The notes under the pieces are model-generated. The model ran no database searches. It had not been told where the DNA came from and worked only from the letters and a program-made list of their open reading frames with translations. A stretch of 64,000 nt of DNA from Geosiphon pyriformis uo1. Taxonomy: Eukaryota; Fungi; Glomeromycota. The position numbers were made by a program, and so were the translations under genes. This document shows positions 1 through 13,280 of the stretch, piece by piece (the stretch's first letter is position 1; every line of letters begins with the position of its first letter). The stretch spans positions 579,527-643,526 of the forward strand of contig JAAOMT010000439.1 in assembly GCA_016748015.1 (NCBI GenBank), written 5' to 3'.

Positions 1-1103
1 GGTTAGCTTTCACAAGATAAAAAGTCATTCTGGTGTTTCGGGAAATGAGCATGCTGACGCAATTGCTGGTACCACTTCTCTCTCCAATTGGTATCTTCCC
101 CCTCGCTTGAGTGAGCATTTCTTGTCAGCTGATGGTGGTATTGTTTCTGGAAATTCGAAGCATTTTGTACGTGATATTTATCGTTCTATTTGTTGTGCAC
201 AGTGGGAGATTGGTTCTAGTTCTGGGGTTTTGGTGGGCAGCTTGTCTTCTGAGATTGATTGGCCCTACTCATCATTGGTATGGCATCCTGATTTGCACAT
301 GGCAGCAGGTTTTACCAGCAGGTCTACGTCCAGTGTACGTACTTATTTTATGAAGTCTTTACACCATCAGCTGCCAGTTGCTGTTCGAAAATGCCTCTAT
401 GATAAACATTATCCTAGTGTGTTATGCTTGTATTGTGGTGAGGTGGAGGTGTCAGATCATGTGTTCTTTTGCAAGGTTGACGGGTCTGTTAGACGTCAGT
501 TGTTGAAGTCTCATGTAGGGTCTTGGAAGGTGATTTCTGGTTCCTCTTATTCTTACTTGGGTATATTGCAGCTGTTATCATCTGGTGTTTCTGATTCCTC
601 TGTGTCTACGGCTTTTTTTAAGGGCTTTGTTTTCAATGGTTGGTTTTGCAAAGCTGTTTCCGTCTTTCATGACTCCAAGATTGCTGTTTTAGAGATTGTC
701 AAGTTTGTGCAATCTCTTGGTCTTGCTTTCAGGGAGGAAGTCTGGTCAGTCTGTATTAAGCATCGTGCATATATGGAGAAGAATGAACTGATTCCGCTAG
801 ATGGTTCGGCCAGCGTTTCGGTTCATGGTTTGGCTTCGAGGTTCTCTACAGGGGTAGTTAGATTACTTGGTGTTGCTAATGCTTTAGGTGTTCATTTTGG
901 TTTTCACAAGTCTTGCTTGTTCTTTTTGGGTATAGGTGATTCAGTGTTGGTTCATATAGCTGCATAGTATTGTTCTGATCAGCCCAAGTGGCTGGTCACA
1001 TGTAGATAGTGCATGATTCATGCTTAGTTTAGATTGATTCCTTGATGTATAGTGCTAGGTTGTGTTTGGACCTTACTCGTAAAATAAAAAAAAATAAAAA
1101 AAA
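1..1103 (+). mobile_element. LINE copy A, 3' end (RNase H C-terminus, Cys/His finger, 3' UTR, A-rich tail)
   Basis: KIKSHSGVSGNEHADAIA RNase H motif at the window start; ORF 107-967 has CLYC..H..C and is homologous to the ORF2 ends of copies C, D and E; 3' UTR 968-1080; tail aaaataaaaaaaaataaaaaaaa 1081-1103. Confidence 0.93.
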
Positions 1104-1342
1104 TATAAACAAAAGTATTTTAAATTAATTTTTATAAGTCTAAGTAGTTTAATCTAAAAGAGCTTAATTATATAAACCAAATTTTTTTCAATTAATATAA
1201 ACTATTTTTAACAAAATTGTTAGTCTAATTTAATTTAATAAATTTTATCACAACTTTTTATCACAATTTAATTAGTTATAATTAGATTAACATAATTTGA
1301 TTATACTTAAACAAAACTAAAATAATTTTAAAAAAATAATAA

Positions 1343-3520
1343 TTTTTTTTTATTACAAGTTTTACAAGTAAAGCCCAATTACTATTTAGTACATAGAACC
1401 AAACTAAGTAGAACTAACTAAATACAGCTCATATACTTATTACATATGGCCAGCCACTTGTGCCAAATAAGGCAATACTATATATTGTTATAGGTGATTA
1501 TTTGGGGTCTTAAAACAAATAACAAACTCATAACTTGGTGCTCAATTAATTTAATGTTGTTGGTAATATCTGAAGATGTTGTTTGTCTGAAGGTTTTGGT
1601 TGAATCCTTTGTATAATAGACAGAGATTCAATAATGTTTTAGTAGTTTTTCGGAATCACAATTCTATTCAATTTTTTTCTCAGCATGGTGGCTAGTAATC
1701 TGGCAGAAGTGCCCTTCTGGTAAGCTATCTTTAAATTTTCAAACTTTACACTCTTTTTTTGGAATCTTTTACCAAATTATCCTTGACATTAATTACTTAG
1801 TGCTTAATCTCTTTATTTAGTAATAAATCAACAAACAAAAGAAAATAAAATAAAAAAAAGAAAATAAAAGAAAATAAAAAGAAAATAAGAAATTAGTATT
1901 TCATCAATAGCCATGATCAAGAGCTATTGTTTCAGTGTGATTAAGTGTTGGATTTTATTAACATAAAGTGTTGATAAATAGAAGAGTAATTAGATTCTCA
2001 AACAAATGACAATAACATGAATTTGAAAAATTGAAGAGATATTTTATTTATATAATTCTATTTCAGTTGATAACAACTATTCTTGAAATAAGGGTTAATA
2101 AATAAAGAAGAAAGAAAATTGTTCTAAATTAATAAAACTCTATTGAATTCTCTAGGAATTGCTTTTTTTTCTTTTAACACTCTCACTATATATATATAAT
2201 TTATGTTATATAAGATTCTTTGAATTCCTCAATTTTCTAGCCAGAAATTCTAGAATTCTTGGAATTCTGCAATTCCTTATACAGAAATCCTGTAATTCTG
2301 GAATCCTGCAATTTCTCTAAGAGAAATTCTAAAATTCCACTTTTACTACATCTATTCTGATTGGCTAATTTATATACTAATATTTAATTCTTATATTCTA
2401 TGAATAACAACAACTATGCTAACAAATACATTATCACCTAAACCAAAAAAAAAATGACACAATTTGTGCTTACCAAATTTAACAGCAAAATATTTCATAA
2501 TTTTAAGCATACAGACAACTCCAACTGACAACATAGAAATTAAACAGTAAAACAAGTTTGAAATCACACTATCATCTTTAATCAAGCCAGTCTTTTTTAT
2601 ATCCACTCTATGTTTGGTTCTGACCACCCACACTTTGGTACAGTGCAACTCTACCATAAATCTACTAAATTTTACAAAGGCTAAAACAGCTTTTCTTTTC
2701 TTCTCAAAAACCAAAATAGCTTTAGCATACTAATCTCTTAACACAAAATCTTTGCAAATAGCTGTGTACAGACTTACATCCGAAAAACACATAAAAAGTA
2801 ACCACAAAATAACAGAAGTAGATAAGCATAAAATACTAGACAATGACATCCATTTCTTAGCAGCTTCAACCAAAATGTCCTCACAAAGACCAGAGTTATC
2901 AAAACAAGTAAAAACATAATCAGACAACTCTACCTTGTCACACAGCAAACACAACACTCCAGGATAACCTCTGTTATACAATTTTTTCTTAACTGTTACT
3001 GATAGCCATCTATAAACAGTTTTTATTAAATATGTGTGCAAATTGGCTAACTTTTTACCAGTAAACTCAAAAAACATATATAAATCAGAGTGCCAAACCT
3101 CTGTAGTAGTCTTCTACTCAATTTTTTTAATTATAGCACCTGAAATTATATTAAAACCAGGACCAGTTTTCCAATGGGCATGGCAAATTAATCAGTACAG
3201 ATTACAAACAAAATAATAAGTATTACCAAACACATCAGTTTTCTCAGCAACCAAATATCTCTTTTAAATTCTAGCCAGCAAAAAAAAAGGCAAAAACATG
3301 GCTTTACTAGCCAATACATCAGCCTTAATATTGTCAGATATGTCTAAATGTCTCTTAACTTTTATCTACTTAATAGAAATGTCTTTATCCCTAAAAAAAT
3401 TAACTATTTGCAATTTTTTAATTCAACATTGGTTACAGAAGTCAAGTACAATGAAAGAAGCCTTAAACATACAGACATTAATTACAAATTGATTATCCAA
3501 GTACAAAACCAATAATCTTC
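1343..3520 (-). mobile_element. LINE copy B, decayed 3' part, interrupted at the ORF2 stop by a solo LTR
   Basis: Minus ORFs 2730-3077 (YPGVLCLLCDKVELSDYVFTC) and 2391-2714 match the ORF2 C-terminus; the 3' UTR homolog resumes at 1478-1353 (aagtggctggccatatgta); poly-T at 1343-1352. Confidence 0.85.
1486..2409 (-). repeat. Solo LTR related to the LTRs of the gypsy element at 45264-55438
   Basis: Reverse complement runs TGTTATTCATAGAATAT...AATAATCACCTATAACA, same termini as 45264/46136; shares internal blocks (gatagcttaccagaagggcac, GGAATTCC-type repeats). The 4-bp TSD is eroded. Confidence 0.9.
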
Positions 3521-5190
3521 TAAATTATTAATTTTTGAAATTTTTTTTGATAACTTGTACTTTAGCTATAACTAATTTGTTTTTAATAATTAAAAAATTA
3601 ATATTTAAAGCAAAAAATTTATTAATAAAATTTTTACTTAAATTTTAACTATCTTAGAATTAACTTATTTTTTATTTAAAGAAATATTAAAAAAAAATAT
3701 AAATGTTATTATTATTAAAACTAAAATTACAAGAACTAAAAAAAAGACACTAATTTGCTAGTATTTAACTTTTTAGTCTTAAAAATATTAATATAAAAGT
3801 TCAAAATTTTTTTATTTTTATTATTAACATTATATTTAATATTAAAAACCAAAATTTTTTTTTAGTATTATTTAAACTTATATTCATATTATTAAATTAA
3901 CCAATATTAAATATAAATATTTTAAATTTCAAGTCTGTTTTATTATTAAAATGTTTTATTTTGCCAATAGATACTTTAAATTTTTGCACCAAACTGTTAT
4001 TAACAGAACTTAAAATAATATTCTTAAGTAATTTTTTTTTAAATATAATACTACTAATTGTAACAATCAAAGTAATGCCAAAAAAATTTGTAATTTGTAA
4101 AATTGTAAAAAAAAAAACAATAAAAAAAATAAAAAACTTTTTTATTAAAATTGGCACTTTAAAAAATTTAGAACATAAATGAGAAAAAAGTTTTTTGCTT
4201 AATAAAAAAACTATTAAATTGTTTAAAATTTTTAATAAACTGTAAAAATATTATAATATTTTTGTTTTAAGATTGTTTTTAAACTTGTTAATTTTATGTT
4301 TATTATATAAATTTGTTTTAATATTGTAAACTAAAATTTAAATTTTATAATTCTTAAGCCATATAAATAAAAAAGAGTTTTAACAAATATTTATTTTATT
4401 GTTTTAATTAAAACTGTTAAAAAAAATTTAAAAAATTTTGTTTAATCATATTTTAACTGCTTATAATAAGTTTAATGTTTTTTATAAAATTAATTTTTTG
4501 GTTTTAAAAAATACTTTAACTTAATTTTTAATTTTTGTAATAAAATTTATTGTAAAAAATATATTAAAAAAATAAAAATTTTTGTTTTTTAAGATTGTTG
4601 TTTACTATAATGCTTTTTTTTTGATCAATAATATGATTTTTACTATGTTTTTTTTAACATAAATATAGATTTAATTATTTTTTCAAAATTTGAAAAAATA
4701 ATAACTTCTTCAAAATTATTGACTAATGAGAATAATTTTTTAATAATCTGTATTTTTGCTATTGTCAATTTACTCTCAACTGCTAACAAATTAATATTCA
4801 AAACAAAGAATTTTTTAATGATTATCTTAACTTTCTTAGTTTTAAGAATTGTTACTATTAAGCCAAGAAAAAAATTTTTACTAATACCGATTAAAATATT
4901 ATTATTTTTATTATTATTGAATTTAATATCTATATCTAAAAAATATCTTTTTTATTATTAAAGTGTTTAATATTATTTACAGAAACTTTTTTTTTAAGAA
5001 AAAAAATCTTTAACTAAATTATAAAAAACTTTTTTAACTATTTTTTTTTTAAACATATTGTTATTTAAAGTAATCATTAGGTTTATTACAAAAAAATTAT
5101 TTGTTTAAGAAGTATTAAAAGCAATATTACAAGAAAAACAAAAATAAAAAACTTTTGGAAAATTTTAGACATAGGAAAAAAAAAGTTTTT
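3520..5190 (-). pseudogene. Heavily AT-eroded LINE ORF1 and 5'-end relics (at least two ORF1 fragments)
   Basis: Minus translations near 3540-3620 (KFFALNIN...AKVQVIKK) and 4720-4820 (KKFFVLNINLLAVESKLTIAKIQIIKKLFSLVN) match ORF1 KKSFALDIDLLAVEGNSATAKTRLIRKIFSSVN; LINE-like 5' end near 5150-5190. Confidence 0.65.
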
Positions 5191-6724
5191 ATAGTATTTA
5201 AAAATAATTAAAATATAAACTTTATATAAAAAACTTAATATTATTCTCAAAAATCAACTTAATATTAATAAATTATATATAAACTAAAAAGCAATCTTAA
5301 TATAAATTAATTTTATTTTGAAAAAAATATTAATAATTATTTTTTAAGTATTAAAAAAACAATATTATCAGAAAACAAAAAAAAAACTTTTAATTTTTAT
5401 TTAGTTAATTTAATTTTTAAAATTAAGTAATATAATAGATTAATTAAATAAAGTTATATAAAAAAAATAACTTGTTTTGCTTTTAAAACCAGTAAAAATT
5501 AATTAAAAACCAATATATTAAACAATATAATCAGAAATTAATTTAGTTTAAAATAAATTAATATGTTTTTATTATGATTATTTAGAATAAAAAATTGTTT
5601 CTTATTTATAATTACAATAAAATTAATACATTATAATTAATATAAATAATATAAAATTAGCAAAAAAGCCAAAAAAAAACCAAAACTTTATTTTTTATAA
5701 CAAATTATTACTAAAAACACCAAAAATTTTTTTTTGAAATTTCAAAAAAATTGTTATCAAATATAATAAAAAGTTAAAAAAATTGTTTTTAATAATTTTG
5801 ATTTTTTGGCCATTTAAGCAATAGTAAAAAAGAGACAAAAAAAAATGAATTTAATTATTAGCTTTTTATTAAATACTTTAAAACTTTTAAAAAACTAAAA
5901 ATTATATTAAATAAATTTCTTTAAAAAAACTTTTAAAAAAAATCTTTTAACCAAAAATAAAAATAATATTTTAAAATTAAACATTGTTAAATAATTTTAA
6001 TAGCTGTAAATATTTTATAATAAAAATATTTATCAGTTGTTTTAAATAATAAAAAGATTATAGCTTTCTTATTTTTTGTTTTAATTGTAATTATAAAAAT
6101 ATGAAAAAAAAGAGTTTTTTGTTTTTATATTATATAATTAAAATTCTTAATTAAAATTTAAGTATTTTATAAATATAAATATATTTGTTAAAATAAGTAA
6201 TATTAAAACTTTATTATATTATAATTTATTAAATATAAATATAAATTTAAATGTATTTAATATAATATAATATAATATAAATTTAATTTGTTTAAATAGT
6301 TAATTATATTAAAAAATATATATAATTTATGTTTATTTTAAATATGTATATGTATTATAATAGTAATTGTAAAAACTATACTTAAATAAATGATTAATGT
6401 AAATTTTTTAATTTTAATCAATTTATTAAACAAATTAAAATTTAAAAAACTGAAATTAAAACATTTATTAATTAAACAATAATTTACATAAAAATCATAA
6501 TATATTATTTAATAAAAAAACCAATTACAATTTGTTAAAGTTAAATACTTAATTAGATATTTATCTAAATGAATAATCGAAAATATTACTAATAAAATGC
6601 GTGGATTATAATTGGTTGCCCAAAAAATCCAACTATCTTTCTACCTATGTACTACAATTATCTCCGTCTTGAGCTTTGATACTCTCTGTCATAATCTTGT
6701 CTTCGTGCAAAGATGATGCTTCAT

Positions 6725-8855
6725 CTAAATATGCTTATTGGTAAAACAGTCTATAACATAATCCGCTGCAGCCCCAGAAGTCATTTCACCCAGAAACACT
6801 TTGTGCTCCAATTCTTTAACAAGACCTCGAATATAGGTATCGGATTTGAATCTTTCAAGAAAATCATTAAATTGGATTTTGGATTAATAAATAACTCTAC
6901 ACTGATGTGAAATTAGAGATATAGTACCTTTCCAAAAGTTCTGAAGTGATTTGTCGCCACATCCATAATTTGCGTTGCTCACCTCTTTTCTTTTCGAATT
7001 CTCCCGAGTCCTATGGATGATTTGAATAGGTCTTTTTGAAAAATTACCGTAATTCATTTATCACAAACCTTCATAGCCTTGTAAAATTTTTCCATTTTAT
7101 TCCAAGCTGTATCTATTCCTATATTATTCTTTGCTGATACACGTAAGACCTAGACGAATAATTTTTATAATTATTTACCAAAATGAGGGACATAGGTGAA
7201 CAAATGAGAAAATCAGTAATTCACCTTGGGACTCCAAACTGGACTTTTCGGGTGTAAATATTTTAATGCACTCGTATATTCTGTAACGGCCTCTCTTGCC
7301 GAATTGGCAAGTTCACCATCAGCTTTGTTGACAATTACTAAATCTGAATTTTCGACGATTCCTTTTTTGAGCCCCTTTTGTACGTGATAGGTTCATATTT
7401 GATATCAAATCCTTATTCAAGTAATTATGGGAACTAAAGAAAATTCCCGAAAAGCGTCCAATACCTGTAACTCATCACCACCAGCCGGTGGAACCATTAA
7501 AACAAACATATCCACCATTTCAGCTACCATTATTTCCGATTGCCCCACACCGACAGTCTCAACCAATGTCACATCATACGAAGCAGCTATTAGAGAAAAT
7601 AAAAATTATATAGCCAAAAACCCATTAAAATTTTTATTATCAAATTAAAAGTAATCCTGATTTGATTATTTGATTGAAAAATACACAACATACCTTCGCA
7701 TAAAAGAATAGCTTCGTTCGTGTTCCTAGCTACCTAATAGGTCAAGTTGTGTCTATAAAAACAATGCCTTCAGGAAGTTGAATAAAGACAGGAAAAGAAA
7801 CATGGAAAGTATCACAAAAAAACAGCTTTCCCAATTAAAAACTTACTCCACCTGTATTTCCAAAAAAACTTTTATCAGTTATGGTATATGAATTGGGTAA
7901 TAAAATATAGGTTCATGGGAAAAATTATACCCAATGCCCCACGATTAGGTGATGGTCGAATATACGCGTTCTCTTGAGTCGAAAGTTGAGGCATACGTGT
8001 TTTATCCCCCAAAATTGATCCACCGGTTCGATTTGAAGATGGATCCACTGCCTACCGAAATCAAGGTTAAGGAATATCCCGAAACCTTTACTTTTTTATC
8101 TCAAAAAGATATTCACTTGAGATTAAAGATCTCATTGTCTTATTGGAGAATAAATTAAACTTACAAGAACAGCAACTCGATGTCCCTTGGTGAGAATATG
8201 CATGCCAAATGTCTCAATAAAAGTCGATTTCCCTACTCCCGGAGGACCTGAAAGGCCAATTCGAAAGGTATCCTTTTTTTGTGATTGGTAAGGGATCTTC
8301 TCCTTATTATCACTATCGTTAGCGCTGGATGCTAGTTTAGCCGCCTGATCTTGTGAATCAAGAATCATCGAAAGAAGTTGTTGTGCTTGTTGTTTATGAT
8401 CACGTCGTGTAGATTCCACTTTTTGAGATCAGTTCGGTTACATAATAAGTTTAGATGTATCAATAGAATAGATAAATCAATACTATAAACAGGTCATTGA
8501 TCAACCCTTCCCACCCCGTCAAAGAACCTAAGGTTATAGCTTTCGCTAAATAATATCGGTCTCTGCGTGATATCCCATCATAAAGTGATATCACTTTTGG
8601 GGATATCTTTTCATTGGGGCTTTCAACCTGACTACGATAAGTAGCGGAAGTGGACATATATTTGACGAGTTGTGGTGTGAGAAAAACTTCTTTGGAAAGT
8701 CTAGATGTAATATGATGTCCCGGCAGTAAGTTTGCCGCCCTTATATAGTGCCAGCAAGTCTATCGTTTCATATGATTAATAAAACCCTGCTTTATTACAC
8801 CTTAATATACTCTTATAATCACAGAACATACGTTTAAAGATCTTTGGAGATTCAT
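6725..8855 (-). CDS. MMAA: Methylmalonic aciduria type A / MeaB (ArgK-family G3E GTPase), chaperone of B12-dependent methylmalonyl-CoA mutase; 11 predicted exons
   Basis: GT-AG splicing gives exons approx. 8855-8832, 8759-8528, 8418-8165, 8051-7931, 7851-7847, 7733-7694, 7586-7465, 7374-7225, 7149-7069, 7010-6928, 6851-6725. Motifs: [23 protein letters not shown] (P-loop), [57 protein letters not shown]. The first exon is the least certain. Confidence 0.93.
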
Positions 8856-9159
8856 AACTTTTCCTTTAAAGATATTTATTTACTATTAAATAGAGCGAGG
8901 TGTAATATTTAAAGCTTTTTTTTTTATTCACACATTCTTGCAAATAGTGTTTCAGATGATTGACGAGTTATTTTATATTTGTAGACTTCTTACTCAATAA
9001 TAAACTGACTTATGGCTTTGCTAAGAAAAAAAATTCTTTTGCTACGATAACTTGAACACATTTATAATTATAAAAGTTTGAATTTGAATCAAATAATTTA
9101 GTACCAAAATTTTCAAGATGTACATTAGGATTCTTAGGTCAAATTAAATGACCAAAATT

Positions 9160-11212
9160 CTAAGCGGTCACGCCAATAATTCGAGGGTCAGTAGTCTCAC
9201 CACTACCTGGAACAATCTTTAATTGTTTATCAGTCCAAATAGGTTGAGTATAAAGATCATCATTTCCAACACCGGCCCGACCACCCTCGGCCCTCCAATT
9301 GGTCACACGTTTAAAATGATTCTTTCTCCAAATGGTTTCCAAAGCATTGACAAGATGATCAGTCATTTTCACATTATGACCAGGAGTAGGAGTAATTCTT
9401 AACCTTTCCTCCCCTTTCGCCACAGTTGGATAATTAATTGATTGTACATAGATCCCATGATCACGTAATAATTGGTCGGAGGCAATCTTACACGGTTCCG
9501 CATCACCAACAAGCACTGGAACAATATGAGAGGGATTAGGACAAACAGGAATATCAAGTTCGGCAAGACGCGCTTTAAGAATTCGAGTGTTTAATTGTTG
9601 CAGATGTCTTTCTTTAGAAGATTGTTTAAGGTATTGAATTGAGGCTCTAGCACCAGCCACGACAATAGGAGGAAGAGAAGTGGTGAAGATGAAACCAGGT
9701 GCATATGAGCGAATCATATCAATCAGATTGGAAGATCCAGCAATGTAACCACCGACAACTCCGAAAGCTTTTCCAAGGGTTCCAGATATGATATCAACTT
9801 TATCGAGAACACTACCATTATTTCCATAAGGTTGAATGGCATTTAATTCGAAGTCCAAGTGTTCAGCTACACCTGCGCCACGAGGACCATACATTCCAAC
9901 AGCGTGAACCTCATCCAAAAATGTGATAGCCCCATATTTTTTAGCGAGATTACAAATAGCGTCAATATGACCAACAGTTCCTGACATAGAATATATACTT
10001 TCAAATGCTATAATTTTTGGTATATTGATATCGACTGATTGAAGTTTTTCTTCTAAATCAGTCAAATCGTTATGTCTGAAAATCTTTTTTTGAGCTCCAG
10101 AATGTCTAATTCCTTGAATCATGGAAGCATGATTAGCAGCATCCGAAAAGATCACGCAGCCAGGAAGTTTTGATGCCAATGTGCTCAAAGTGGCATCATT
10201 GGCTACGTAGCAAGAAGTGAATACCAAAGCGGCTGGTTTGTGATGCAAATCAGCCAACTCGGTCTCGAGTTGTAAGTGAAGGTTACAATTTCCGGCAATA
10301 TTACGCGTGCCACCAGCACCAGCACCATACTTATCCATGGTTTGTCTTTAGATCAAGAGCAGAGATAGAAAAGACATTAATTAATATAGAACAATGTTGT
10401 TCTGGTTTCTTGAAGATAATTCATATAAAACTTACTTCATGGTTTCCAAAACAATTTGATTTCTTCCCATACCAAGATAGTCATTACTACACCAAACGGT
10501 CACTTCTTCGCGTACATTCTGGGTGTGAGCCTTTGGAAATTTTTGAGCAAGACGATTAATGTTATTGAAGTAACGATAACTTTTATCATCATGTTTCTTA
10601 TCAAGCTCATGTTGATACAAGGTTTCATAATCAAAGGTACGTGACTTGATTGAATGGTCGAGAGGTAATTCTTGGTTTGCTATCTGCTGATGATAAGGAC
10701 ACCCATTAATCGTTGCTAAAATTACATAATGATATGATAAAAACCAAAAAAGGAAAGACACGTGTAATACAAGTTGGTTAGATGGATCGGGGTTAATTAT
10801 TCAAGAATATTCGTATGAGTTCTTGGGAGGCAAGGAAAAACTTTGAGCTACCTTGTTGACTCTTTTTCAAGGCAGCGACGGTCGCAGCAGTGGTGTGTTC
10901 ATCAATAGGGTTTTTGTTATGGCGATGAGTAATGACTGAAGCCTGGTTCAAAGGTTGAGTAGGTTGTTTGGCTACTTTACCCGAGGTATGCAACAAGCTC
11001 TTCTTCTGGACACTATTCAACGCCTTTCCCATTACGGGACACTTTTGTGCCATTGATAATAAAGCATTAATTGGAACTTGACCAGTGACAACCTCAACTC
11101 CCTTACCAATGGTAGTAGGGGCTGGCATAGTTGAGAGTTTTCTCAAAGTGGCCACGGTGTTTCGGTGAAGGAAGGGACAAACGTTCTTGCCTTGCTTAAG
11201 AAAAGCTTCCAT
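9160..11212 (-). CDS. HEM1: 5-aminolevulinate synthase, mitochondrial precursor; 3 exons
   Basis: Exons approx. 11212-10852, 10715-10436, 10345-9160 with GT-AG introns. Motifs: [58 protein letters not shown] (PLP lysine), ERLRITP; N-terminal CP heme-regulatory motifs (VCPFL, KCPVM, GCPYH). Confidence 0.97.
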
Positions 11213-12874
11213 TTTTCAAATTGATTTAAATTTTATTTTTTTCAAAAGTTATAAAAAGATTGATTCATTTCATTAAATTATTACGCCCTTTTAATACAAA
11301 TAGAATGAGAGTGATCCCGAGAAAATGCGGGGTTTGTGTGAGTTTCCGATCGTAAAATTATAATGATAAATATAAATTTTTTATTGAATTATCATGGTTA
11401 TCTTGTATAATGGTAACAATTTTTTTACGTAAGTATAACGAAGAAAAAGTTTTGATTTATTTGGAAATAATTGTATTTTTCAATGGATCAAGGTTAAATG
11501 GAAAACTTTTAGTCCCGAAGCAGTGTACAAATAAAATTTTGCTTTTTGTGGCTATAATTAAGTTTAAGTTTCGTGTTCAATAACTATTGGGACGTTTTGG
11601 ATCTCTTAAGGAAAAAAGTTTTCTCTATCTTATATTAAAGTCCATCTTTGAAAATTTAAATTTAATTAGGTTTCTTCTGATATAATAAGTTTGTAATTTT
11701 TCTAGCTGATAAAATTTGGATTTTTTACACAAACGTAAATAATCTTTTGTAAATTTAATATTTTACTAATCAATTGTTACTAATAGAGTTTTAAACATAG
11801 AAACTGGTATTAATTTTTGCAGGATTATCAATTTTTACACTAACAATCAGTTATTTAATCATAAAACTGTTTAAATATGTAAATGCTACAATTATATAAA
11901 TCAAAACAGTTTTATTGTAAACAAATATAAATATGTTTTATAACAAAGTTAAAATTTAAAATATTGCATATGTTAAATTGGTACAAATTTTATTGAAGGT
12001 AATTTATTTTAATTAGAAAGATTATATTTAGTTTAATTTTGATTATTATAATTGATTTTTTATAATAATATATTATTTTTGTATTTTTCTGTATTGTAAT
12101 TACATAATTTAATAATTAGTAAAAAATAATATATTTACATGTTTAATAATTTAGTTTAAAAAATAAAAAATAACATATTTATTTTTAATATTTGATTTTT
12201 TAATAGTTATAAATTTTTAATATACATTATAAATTTGTGTTTTAATTTTATAATATGTTGTTAATTTTATTATTTTATTATTTAATATGTAAGTTTAATT
12301 ACAACTTAATATGATATAACAATTTAAATATTCTAAAATAAGCATAATTTATACATTTTTTAGATATAATCAGACATAAATCCAGTTTAAACTAAACTAC
12401 ATTAATTTAAAAAAAAAATTTATTTTAAAAAAACATTTTGTATATAATTACAATCAATTATGTATGTTATTAAAAAAAATATTGTTGTTGCTAAAAAATA
12501 CCTAAATTTGTACTATTTTTTTGGTAGAAATTTTTTTTAATTATATTTAAAATTGCAAAGTTTTTTGTAGTGGCTTTTGTTTTTTTTTTGTTTACTATTA
12601 TATATTATAATATTTTTCTGAATATATTTTTTAATAATATTAAAAATACTTTTGGTGGTTTTGGTATTATTACTTTGGTTAAATTAAAGTCTATTGAACA
12701 ATATTATTGTTTATTTTTTTAATTATTATTATTATTAATGTTTTATTGTTGTAATTTTTAACTTTTTACAAATTTTAAGCTTAGTTATATTAAAAATTAA
12801 TACTTTATATTATTATTAAAACTTTTAATCATTATTTGATAAATATTGTTTATGTTATTTTATTATTAAATTTT

Positions 12875-13166
12875 ATTGTTAATAAAAACTAATAAATTTT
12901 TAATAAGCTAATTTATCTTTAAAATATTTTTAGATATTTTATCAAATTACTAAATATTTTAGTAAATTTTAAATTTTATATATTTTAAGATATTGTATAA
13001 TCTAATTATTATAATTAGTTATATTTGTGTATTATATAAATTAAATTATTAATTAGATAGTAATATTTAATAAATTTGTAAAAATAATAAGTAATAATTT
13101 GAAATAATACTATATATTAATTAATAATAAAAATTATAAGAATAATTTCATGTTAATTAATAAATT
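12875..13166 (-). repeat. Eroded, internally deleted solo LTR (family of 33587-34567); its first ~20 bp lie beyond LINE C at ~19991-20009
   Basis: Reverse complement ttaacatgaaattattcttataa...atttcaaattattacttatta matches 33615-33690; the 12880-12930 end matches 28870-28926; 19991-20009 is the reverse complement of the LTR start at 28081. Confidence 0.7.
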
Positions 13167-13280
13167 AAACTTCTTTCTCTCTTACTTCCTAAAATCCTCA
13201 AAAAGGCGCATTTCTGAAAAAGAAGTTTTCTGTTTTTTCTTGTCAAATCTTTCAACATTTCTTTAAATAATCCTTTCATC

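Noticed and set aside
3897-4961. Short K/I/F/N-rich ORFs in AT-rich DNA (also 40150-40359, 40804-40998)
   Set aside because: Compositional artefacts of eroded TE sequence.
6713-8158. Plus-strand ORFs 6713-6910, 7427-7648, 7949-8158
   Set aside because: They are antisense to MMAA exons and have no independent support.
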